DNA of 64,000 bases from positions 50,236 through 114,235 of the forward strand of contig CANNBA010000003.1 of assembly GCA_947502765.1 (NCBI GenBank). Direction: 5' to 3'. This DNA is from Flavobacteriales bacterium (lineage in GTDB: Bacteria; Bacteroidota; Bacteroidia; Flavobacteriales; BACL11). The position numbers and the translations under genes are program-made. Under the pieces are notes generated by a model. The model had not been told where the DNA came from. It worked only from the letters and a program-made list of their open reading frames with translations, and did no database searches. Positions 53,828 to 61,794 of this stretch are shown here, one piece after another; within the stretch, counting starts at the first letter, position 1, and the number at the start of each line of letters is the position of its first letter.

Positions 53828-54841
53828 ATGAAAAACTATTTAATGATCTTTTTTAGTTTGATTCTTTTTTCCTGTCAAGAAGAGATAACACTAGACTTAC
53901 CTCAATCAGCAAGCAAACTTGTTGTAGAAGGCTATATTGAACCTGGATTTCCACCTTATGTCATTTTAACAAAGAACCAGGGATATTTTGATCCGATTGA
54001 CCCTAATACTTATAATGATTTATTTGTAACTGATGCTGACTCAGTTATAGTTTGGTACTATAATGATAGTGGAGAAAAAGAAATAAGAATTTTAGAAATA
54101 ATAGATGAGCTAGATACTTTGATACCTATTTATACCGATAAAAGCTATTTTGATAATCCTAATGCATATGAATTTAGTAAAGCAGAAAGAACATACTATT
54201 TAGAAATTAAGTGGAATAATCAAAGAATTACAGCAGAAACATTCATTCCTAAAGCAACACCATTAGATTCTCTTTGGGTGGAGCAAAGTGAAACAGCTGA
54301 TTCAACTTATAAATGTGATATAAGAGCTGTATATTCTGATCCAGCTGATCAGCAAAATAATATATTGGTTAAAAGCAAAAGATTGCAGCACTACACATTT
54401 AATGAAGATAGTTGTAAGAGTAAAAACAGAACAGATTTTCCATTACAATTGGTAGATGCTGGAAGCGATATTTTAATTAATGGAGAATCCTTTGAGACCT
54501 ACTTTCCAAGACCTGGAGATAATGGAGGATTTCCTAATGGGAAGTACAATGCTTATCATACTAGAGAATGTAAAGATGGTACTATTTTAGAGCGTGATAA
54601 AGACATTGTATTAATCAAGTTTTGTCAGATAGATGAGCCATCTCTTAAGTTCTGGAGAGGCTTAGTTAGGCAAGCAGGTACAAATGGAAATCCATTTGCC
54701 GAACCTGCAAATTTAGTAAGTAATATCAATGGAGGATTAGGCGTTTGGACAGGATATAGCCCAGTATATTACTTAGTGCCTATTGTAAAAGACACTACTA
54801 TTTTTGAGCAATATACTCCAAAAATTGAAGATATATTTTAA
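53828..54841 (+). CDS. DUF4249-like lipoprotein partner of the preceding receptor
   Basis: Lipobox LILFSC and N-terminal LVVEGYIEPG pattern, as recalled for DUF4249. It lies 3 nt after the receptor stop. Confidence 0.6.
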   Translation: MKNYLMIFFSLILFSCQEEITLDLPQSASKLVVEGYIEPGFPPYVILTKNQGYFDPIDPNTYNDLFVTDADSVIVWYYNDSGEKEIRILEIIDELDTLIPIYTDKSYFDNPNAYEFSKAERTYYLEIKWNNQRITAETFIPKATPLDSLWVEQSETADSTYKCDIRAVYSDPADQQNNILVKSKRLQHYTFNEDSCKSKNRTDFPLQLVDAGSDILINGESFETYFPRPGDNGGFPNGKYNAYHTRECKDGTILERDKDIVLIKFCQIDEPSLKFWRGLVRQAGTNGNPFAEPANLVSNINGGLGVWTGYSPVYYLVPIVKDTTIFEQYTPKIEDIF

Positions 54842-54852
54842 TTTTACAAAAA

Positions 54853-55800
54853 ATGAATACAGCAATTGAAAAAGTAGAAGTATTAATAATTGGTTCAGGT
54901 CCTGCTGGCTATAGTGCAGCAATTTATGCGGCAAGAGCTGATATGAACCCAGTTGTTATTCAAGGATTACAACCAGGAGGTCAGTTAACTACTACTACTG
55001 ATGTTGATAATTACCCTGGATATAAAGATGGAATTAAGGGCCCTGAAATGATGGAAGACTTTAAAGCTCAAGCTGAAAGGTTCGGTACAGATACAAGATG
55101 GGGAATGGTTACAAAAGTAGATTTTTCTGCGCGCCCTTTCAAAGTGGAAGTAGATGAAAAAGATATTATTTTAGCTGAAACAGTCATTATTGCAACAGGT
55201 GCATCTGCCAAATGGTTAGGAATGGATGATGAAAAAAGATTAAATGGATATGGTGTATCGGCTTGCGCAACTTGTGATGGATTTTTCTACAAAGGAAAAG
55301 AGGTTGTAGTTGTTGGTGCAGGAGATACTGCTGCTGAAGAGGCTACTTATCTTGCAAAGATGTGCACTAAAGTAACTATGCTAGTGCGTAAAGATGAAAT
55401 GCGTGCCTCAAAAGCCATGCAACATAGAGTATTTAAGACTCCAAATCTTAAGGTGCTGTTCAATTACGATACCAAAAGTATTAATGGAGAGACTGGTGTT
55501 ATAGGAGTTGAAAGTGTAACTGCAGTAAATAATAAAAGTGGTGAAGAAATTACTATTCCAGCTTCAGGTTTTTTTGTAGCTATTGGGCATAAACCAAATA
55601 CTGATTTATTTAAAGGGCAATTGGATATGGATGAAAATGGATATTTAATTGTTGAAGCGGGAACCTCAAAAACTAAAATAGCTGGAGTTTTTGCCGCAGG
55701 TGATGTAGCAGATCATGTTTATCGCCAAGCAGTAACATCAGCTGGAACCGGATGTATGGCCGCCTTAGATGCCGAACGATTCTTAGCCGACAACAAGTAA
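54853..55800 (+). CDS. trxB: Thioredoxin-disulfide reductase
   Basis: FAD GSGPAG, redox-active CATCDG, NADPH GAGDTAAEEA, and GVFAAGDV. Confidence 0.95.
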   Translation: MNTAIEKVEVLIIGSGPAGYSAAIYAARADMNPVVIQGLQPGGQLTTTTDVDNYPGYKDGIKGPEMMEDFKAQAERFGTDTRWGMVTKVDFSARPFKVEVDEKDIILAETVIIATGASAKWLGMDDEKRLNGYGVSACATCDGFFYKGKEVVVVGAGDTAAEEATYLAKMCTKVTMLVRKDEMRASKAMQHRVFKTPNLKVLFNYDTKSINGETGVIGVESVTAVNNKSGEEITIPASGFFVAIGHKPNTDLFKGQLDMDENGYLIVEAGTSKTKIAGVFAAGDVADHVYRQAVTSAGTGCMAALDAERFLADNK

Positions 55801-55857
55801 ACATACTTTGTAATTTTCTATAAAAAATTCTATATTCTAGAGGTATTTTTTATTTTG

Positions 55858-55865
55858 TACTTTTG
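55858..55865 (+). promoter_or_regulatory. Candidate -7 promoter box (TACTTTTG), 6 nt upstream of ATG 55872
   Basis: Exact TAnnTTTG match. It contains the TTG (55863) used by the ORF track, which argues for ATG 55872 as the recQ start on a near-leaderless mRNA. Confidence 0.4.
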
Positions 55866-55871
55866 GTTTTA

Positions 55872-57773
55872 ATGAATGCGATTGATGTATTAATAAAATA
55901 TTGGGGACACACTCAGTTTCGCTTAAAGCAAGAAGAAATTATAGACCAAATCATTGAGCAAAAAGATACCCTTGCTTTATTACCAACTGGTGGTGGAAAA
56001 TCAATTTGCTACCAAGTTCCCGCACTTATGCAAGAAGGAATATGCTTAGTAATTTCCCCTCTTATTGCTTTAATGGATGATCAAGTAAGGCACTTACAAT
56101 CAAAAGGAATAAAATCTGTAGCTATAACCAGTAATATGCATTATTCTGAGATTGATACAGCACTTACTAATTGTATATATGGAGGTGTGAAATTTCTGTA
56201 TTTATCTCCTGAAAGATTACAAAATGATTTGGTCCAAAGTCGCATTAAGGAAATGAATATTAATTTGATTACCGTTGATGAAGCTCACTGTATATCAGAG
56301 TGTGGGCATAATTTTCGGCCCTCTTACCGCCATATTTCTGAAATAAGAAGTATCATTCCAGATGTACCACTTCTAGCCCTTACTGCCACTGCTACTGCTG
56401 ATGTAATCAAAGATATCCAACAGAACCTTTTATTTAAACAAGAAAACTTAATTAAATCCTCTTTTACTAGAGTTAACATGTCCTATGTAGTAGATAATAT
56501 TGAAGATAAAAATTCAAGATTATTGAAATTATTAAATAAAATAAAAAGTTCCGTAATCATTTATGTGGGTACTCGAAAGAAAGCCAAAGATATAACAGAC
56601 TTTTTAGTTACTAATAACTTTTCAGCCAATTATTATCATGCTGGATTGTCAGCTGAAGTAAGAACTACTAGACAAGAGAGTTGGACTAAAAATCAAACAA
56701 GAATTATGGTTGCTACCAATTCTTTTGGAATGGGGATTGATAAAGCAGATGTTAAACTTGTAGTTCATCTGGATTTACCCTTTACAATTGAAGCTTATTT
56801 CCAAGAAGCTGGTAGGGCTGGTAGAAATGGGAAACAAGCTTATGCGTTTTTGCTTGCAAATAATAGTGACATTAAAAAACAAGAAGATTTATTAAAACTT
56901 AAGTATCCTACTATTGAAGAAATATTAGAGGGTTATCAAAATATAGCAAATTATCTTCAAATTGCTATAGCTGATTTTCCTGAGGATCCTATTCCTTTTG
57001 ATATTGCAGCATTTACCGAAAGGTATGAAACCAATAGCTTAAAAACCTATAATATTCTTAAATATCTAGAAAAAGAAGAAAAAATAAAACTTTCGGATGG
57101 GATAAACTCTCCTTCAAAAGTAAAGATTACCATTCCAAGCTCAGAGTTATACAAATTTCAAATAACAAATAAATTTTATGATCCCTTTATAAAATTACTT
57201 TTAAGATCTTATAATAATCTTTTTAATCATCTTGTTGTAATTAATGAAAAAGAAATTGCAAGTCGTTTTAACAGTTCAATTGATGAGGTAAAAACAATAT
57301 TATCTAAACTTAAACAACTAGAGATTATAGATTATCAAGAACAAAACGACCTTGGTCAACTTACATTTTTGCAAGCTCGACAAGATTTAAACAGCCTGCA
57401 CCTAAACGAAAAAAAATGGGAAGAAAGAAAGGCCTATGAAAGTAAAAAACTAAGTGATATTGCAAATTACATAAACAAAAAAGACAGCTGTAGAAGTCAA
57501 CTATTACTCCATTATTTTGGAGAAGAAAAATCAGATAAATGTGACCTTTGTGATGTATGTATTATCGAGAAAAGAAATGCTATAAAGGATAAAGAATTTA
57601 AAGAAATTTCCGAAAGAATTAGACAGCTCTTAAGTGATACTGAAATGACTTTAACAGAACTCTGCAATTCAATATCTGATGTTAGAGAACAAGAAATCAT
57701 CAATATATTAAACTTTTTATTTGATAACGATAAAATTGCAAAGTTTGGGAATAAATACCAATGGAAAGGATAA
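55872..57773 (+). CDS. recQ: RecQ-family ATP-dependent DNA helicase (non-canonical architecture)
   Basis: Motif I LPTGGGKS, motif II VDEAHCISECGHNFRPSY, motif VI QEAGRAGRNG, and a Cys4 zinc cluster (CRSQ...CDLCDVC) located ~220 aa after motif VI. Confidence 0.82.
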   Translation: MNAIDVLIKYWGHTQFRLKQEEIIDQIIEQKDTLALLPTGGGKSICYQVPALMQEGICLVISPLIALMDDQVRHLQSKGIKSVAITSNMHYSEIDTALTNCIYGGVKFLYLSPERLQNDLVQSRIKEMNINLITVDEAHCISECGHNFRPSYRHISEIRSIIPDVPLLALTATATADVIKDIQQNLLFKQENLIKSSFTRVNMSYVVDNIEDKNSRLLKLLNKIKSSVIIYVGTRKKAKDITDFLVTNNFSANYYHAGLSAEVRTTRQESWTKNQTRIMVATNSFGMGIDKADVKLVVHLDLPFTIEAYFQEAGRAGRNGKQAYAFLLANNSDIKKQEDLLKLKYPTIEEILEGYQNIANYLQIAIADFPEDPIPFDIAAFTERYETNSLKTYNILKYLEKEEKIKLSDGINSPSKVKITIPSSELYKFQITNKFYDPFIKLLLRSYNNLFNHLVVINEKEIASRFNSSIDEVKTILSKLKQLEIIDYQEQNDLGQLTFLQARQDLNSLHLNEKKWEERKAYESKKLSDIANYINKKDSCRSQLLLHYFGEEKSDKCDLCDVCIIEKRNAIKDKEFKEISERIRQLLSDTEMTLTELCNSISDVREQEIINILNFLFDNDKIAKFGNKYQWKG

Positions 57774-57782
57774 ATTTGTCTT

Positions 57783-58772
57783 ATGAAAATTGTATTTTTT
57801 GGAACTCCAGAATTTGCTGCAGCTAATCTTCAATATTTAATTGAGAATGGAAATGAAATCGTTGCAGTGGTAACTCCTGCTGATAGTAAAACTGGTAGAG
57901 GTAAGCAGCTAAAAGCTTGTGCAGTTAAACAAGTTGCTTTAACAAATAACCTTCCAGTTTTACAACCCGAAAAATTAAGAGCAGATGGGTTTGTTAATAC
58001 ACTTACAAATTTTAAGGCCGACTTATTTGTTGTTGTAGCCTTTAGAATGCTTCCTGAAGTTGTTTGGAAAATACCCACAAAAGGAACTATAAATCTTCAT
58101 ACTTCACTACTTCCAAATTACAGAGGTGCAGCTCCAATAAATCGAGTATTAATTAATGGCGAAAAAGAAACTGGGATTAGTATTTTTTTTATCGATCAAA
58201 ACATTGATTCAGGAGCAATTATTCAGCAAGAAAAAATTCAATTAACTGATACAATTACAGCTGCACAATTGCATGAAAAACTAGTAAGTAAAGGAAATAA
58301 TCTACTTATTAGCACACTGAATGCAATTAAGAATGATTCTGCAGTCCAAATACCTCAAAAAGCTAGTAAAGCTATCTTAGAGGCTCCCAAATTAACTAAA
58401 GAACTACTTCAAATAAATTGGAAAAAATCAGCTATTGATATTCACAATTTGGTAAGAGGCCTCTCCCCTTTTTTAGCTAACAACATCATGTTAAAAGATG
58501 TCGCTATTTGTCCTTCCGCTTGGTTTTATTTAGAAGATAATATGAGTAATCAAAAAAGAATAAAATTGCATCTGACGGAAGTTATTAAATCAGAATCAAA
58601 AGATCTTTGGGGTATTAAGACTGATAATAAAACCTACTTGCATATCAATACCAAAAAAGATGCAATTGCTATCCTTAATTTACAAGTTGAGGGGAAAAAC
58701 CCTATGACCATTCAACAATTTCTACAAGGAAATAAAATCACTGAACAGCATAAAATAGTATGCCTGAATTAA
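57783..58772 (+). CDS. fmt: Methionyl-tRNA formyltransferase
   Basis: KIVFFGTPEFA, NLHTSLLPNYRGAAPI. Confidence 0.9.
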   Translation: MKIVFFGTPEFAAANLQYLIENGNEIVAVVTPADSKTGRGKQLKACAVKQVALTNNLPVLQPEKLRADGFVNTLTNFKADLFVVVAFRMLPEVVWKIPTKGTINLHTSLLPNYRGAAPINRVLINGEKETGISIFFIDQNIDSGAIIQQEKIQLTDTITAAQLHEKLVSKGNNLLISTLNAIKNDSAVQIPQKASKAILEAPKLTKELLQINWKKSAIDIHNLVRGLSPFLANNIMLKDVAICPSAWFYLEDNMSNQKRIKLHLTEVIKSESKDLWGIKTDNKTYLHINTKKDAIAILNLQVEGKNPMTIQQFLQGNKITEQHKIVCLN

Positions 58773-59440
58773 CTGCTGATTTAGTGGAACATCTTAAAGG
58801 GTTTGTATTAGATGAAAGACGCAAACTTTTTGAAGCTAAAATCCAAGAAAGAACCCAACACCTTACCATTGTGCTTGAAAATATTTTTCAAGGAAGAAAT
58901 ATTTCTGCCTCAATAAGATCGGCTGATTGTTTTGGGATACAAGATGTACATATTATCGAAAATGACAACCTCTTTAATGATGATTCAGAAGTATCAATGG
59001 GTGCAGAAAAATGGATTACAACAAAACGATACAACCAAAACAAACATAACAGTATTGAAGCTATTGAAAATCTTAAATCAAATGGCTACCAAATAATTGC
59101 AACTACACCGCACAATGCTGATTGTGATTTATATGATTTAGATATCACAAAGAAAACTGCTTTATTTTTTGGAGCTGAAGTGAAAGGTTGTAGTAAAGAA
59201 ACATTAACCCTGGCAGATAAAAGAATGAAAATACCAATATATGGATTTACAGAAAGTTATAATATTTCGGTTTCGGTATCATTATGTTTACAACATTTAA
59301 CTTATAAAATGAGACAATCAAATATGGATTGGAAATTATCATTAGATCAGCAAGAGAAAGTAATGCTGCAATGGCTAAGAAATAGCATTAAATCAGCAGC
59401 AGAAATTGAAGAAAAATACCTAAGCGAGCACACTAAATAA
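58760..59440 (+). CDS. SpoU/TrmH-family RNA 2'-O-methyltransferase
   Basis: LTIVLENIFQGRNISASIRSADCFG, LFFGAEVKGCS, IPIYGFTESYNISVSVS (SPOUT knot motifs). Confidence 0.8.
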   Translation: MPELTADLVEHLKGFVLDERRKLFEAKIQERTQHLTIVLENIFQGRNISASIRSADCFGIQDVHIIENDNLFNDDSEVSMGAEKWITTKRYNQNKHNSIEAIENLKSNGYQIIATTPHNADCDLYDLDITKKTALFFGAEVKGCSKETLTLADKRMKIPIYGFTESYNISVSVSLCLQHLTYKMRQSNMDWKLSLDQQEKVMLQWLRNSIKSAAEIEEKYLSEHTK

Positions 59441-59482
59441 TAATTTATATCTTTACCAAAATTAATACACTATAAATACACT

Positions 59483-59680
59483 ATGGGAAAAGGCGATAAA
59501 AAATCAAAAAAGGGTAAAATATTTAAAGGCAGTTATGGAGTTTCAAGACCTAGAAAAACGGATGTAGCAATTATTGTTCCTAATAAAAAGAAAGCAGCAC
59601 CTGAAACGCAAGCTGTTGCAAAGAAAGCAGCACCTGAAAAGAAAACTACTACAAAGAAAAAAACAGTTGCAAAAAAATAA
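59483..59680 (+). CDS. 30S ribosomal protein THX with Lys/Ala/Pro-rich C-terminal tail
   Basis: N-terminus MGKGDKKSKKGKIFKGSYGVSRPRK matches the Bacteroidota THX pattern. The tail contains a tandem KKAAPE repeat. Confidence 0.7.
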   Translation: MGKGDKKSKKGKIFKGSYGVSRPRKTDVAIIVPNKKKAAPETQAVAKKAAPEKKTTTKKKTVAKK

Positions 59681-59706
59681 AAGTATTTTTTGATGAATTA
59701 AAAACT

Positions 59707-59737
59707 AAGGTTAGCATTAAGGTGCTAGCCTTTTTTT
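59707..59737 (+). terminator. Rho-independent terminator downstream of THX gene
   Basis: AAGGTTAGCA-TTAAGG-TGCTAGCCTT hairpin (one G-U pair) followed by T7. It overlaps the 3' end of convergent pdxH. Confidence 0.55.
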
Positions 59738-60352
59738 ATGCCAATTTTCTCCATCAAATTCATACAAAATCCTGTCGTGAAACCTTGAAGGTCTTCCTTG
59801 CCAAAACTCAATTTTTTGAGCATCTATATTATACCCACCCCAGTGTAAAGGACGCTTAACTTCCTTGCCTTTAAATTGATTTTCTAATTCATTAAATGAT
59901 GCTGTAAAATTGTAATTCAAATCAATTGCAGTGCTTTGATCGCTTAACCAAGCTCCCAACTGACTTTCTCTTGGTCTAGATTTAAAATAAGCATCCGAAT
60001 CTTTAGGATTTATTTTCTTGGCTTCTCCATTTATTCTCACTTGACGTTCTAATTCTGGCCAGTAAAAATTAAGCGCTACATACTTGTTAGTTGTAATATC
60101 AATCGATTTATCACTTTTATAATTCGTAAAAAAGGTAAAACCCTTATCACTTACAGCTTTTAACAAAACTACACGTGATGATGGTTTATGATCAGAAGAA
60201 ATAGTAGCTAAAACACAGGCATTTGCTTCATTTTTATTAGTTTTTAAAGCATCATCAAACCACTTTAAAAAAAAAGTAATAGGATTTTCATCTAAATTCT
60301 CAAAATCAATCTTTGATTTTTTATAATCAAGCCTCATATTTTTTAAATCCAT
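59717..60352 (-). CDS. pdxH: Pyridoxamine 5'-phosphate oxidase
   Basis: RVVLLK, ELERQVRINGEA, and C-terminal IEFWQGRPSRFHDRILY. Confidence 0.9.
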   Translation of the reverse strand: MDLKNMRLDYKKSKIDFENLDENPITFFLKWFDDALKTNKNEANACVLATISSDHKPSSRVVLLKAVSDKGFTFFTNYKSDKSIDITTNKYVALNFYWPELERQVRINGEAKKINPKDSDAYFKSRPRESQLGAWLSDQSTAIDLNYNFTASFNELENQFKGKEVKRPLHWGGYNIDAQKIEFWQGRPSRFHDRILYEFDGENWHKKRLAP

Positions 60353-60408
60353 GATATATTTGCCTTCAAATTGTACATTTACATAACTTTAACAAAAGTA
60401 ATTTAATT

Positions 60409-60960
60409 ATGCTTACTATCAAAAAAGGACGCTTATTGATTTCAGAGCCTTCTTTAAGTGATCCAACATTTTTTAAAAGTGTTGTTTTAATTACCCATCA
60501 TAGTGCTGATGAAAGTATAGGATTAGTGTTAAACCATGGCACTAAAATTAACTTAAATGAAATACTTAATGATATCCCATTAAGTGATTTTCCTGTTTAT
60601 ATTGGAGGACCAGTAGAAAAAAATGCTGTTCAGTTTATTCATACCTTAGGAGATATGATTTCTAATACTAAAGAGATTGCTAAGGGACTCTACTGGGGAG
60701 GTGATTTTGATAAAATTTTGGAGTTAATAACTGAAAACAAAATTTCAAAAAATCAAATAAGATTCTTTGCAGGCTATTCTGGATGGGGTGAAGATCAGTT
60801 GAATAATGAAATTAGAGAAAATGGCTGGATAATACATGAATCTAATGTTGATCTTTGCATGGATTATTCTAGTGAAAAACTTTGGAGTGACTTGATAAAA
60901 ACAAAGAATGAAAAGTATGCTATCTGGGCAAATTTACCTAAAAATCCAAGCTTGAATTAA
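60409..60960 (+). CDS. YqgE/AlgH-family protein
   Basis: GRLLISEPSLSDPTFFKSVVLITHHSADESIGLVLN and GGPV; 183 aa. Confidence 0.8.
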   Translation: MLTIKKGRLLISEPSLSDPTFFKSVVLITHHSADESIGLVLNHGTKINLNEILNDIPLSDFPVYIGGPVEKNAVQFIHTLGDMISNTKEIAKGLYWGGDFDKILELITENKISKNQIRFFAGYSGWGEDQLNNEIRENGWIIHESNVDLCMDYSSEKLWSDLIKTKNEKYAIWANLPKNPSLN

Positions 60961-61753
60961 TTAACTGCTGCTGAATAAAATTAGCTGTATTAAAGCAATA
61001 AAAAGAGGTGTTTTCTATGCTTTTTACTGATGTAATTCCACTTGTTGAATTAGTAAGAAATACCTCATCAGCATCCAGTATTTCATTTGAAAAGATTGAT
61101 TTTTCAATAATAGTTATCTCTTTACTAAGCCATTTTCTCATAGTTCCATCAACACAGCCATCAGAGAGTGATGGTGTGTATATTTTTTCATCTTTTACAA
61201 TAAAAATATTAGCATTAGTCGCTTCAATAATATTGCCTGAAGTATTTAATAGTATTGCATTATCAAAATTATGCTCATTGGCATGAATTGATCCTAAAAC
61301 GGAAACCAAAGAGTTGACAGATTTAATATTTGACAAAGAACCAAGGGCTTTACATTGATTATCATAAAAACATAAAGAAATGGAATTGTTGTGTTTATAT
61401 CCAAGCCCATCAATAGTACAAATAAATAAATCTGACTGATTTGATTTTGGCAAGTATCTACCAGCTCCACTTCTGCTAATATGAATTTTGATACTCCCAT
61501 TTATCATTTTATTAAGCTTTAGCAATTGAGATATTTGTTCTTGAAAAAATATTGAAGTATAATTATCACTTATTTTTAAAACACTTAAACCAAGTTTAAT
61601 TCTTTCAAAATGGCAAGAAAAATTAAATGGTTTTGAATTAATTATTTTAACCGTTTCAAAGAAACCATCTCCATAATTAAAAGCTCTGCTATTACTAGAA
61701 ATGGAAAAATCTTTTTCAGTGATAAATGCTCCATTATAAAATACTACTTTCAT
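60938..61753 (-). CDS. Class IV aminotransferase-fold protein (aminodeoxychorismate lyase-like)
   Basis: RAFNYGDGFFET N-terminus and C-terminal GITSV/DEVFLTNS pattern of PLP fold-type IV enzymes. Confidence 0.7.
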   Translation of the reverse strand: MKVVFYNGAFITEKDFSISSNSRAFNYGDGFFETVKIINSKPFNFSCHFERIKLGLSVLKISDNYTSIFFQEQISQLLKLNKMINGSIKIHISRSGAGRYLPKSNQSDLFICTIDGLGYKHNNSISLCFYDNQCKALGSLSNIKSVNSLVSVLGSIHANEHNFDNAILLNTSGNIIEATNANIFIVKDEKIYTPSLSDGCVDGTMRKWLSKEITIIEKSIFSNEILDADEVFLTNSTSGITSVKSIENTSFYCFNTANFIQQQLINSSLDF

Positions 61754-61794
61754 TTTGCTAATTATTTGTAAATTGCGAACCTACAAAAATCCTG

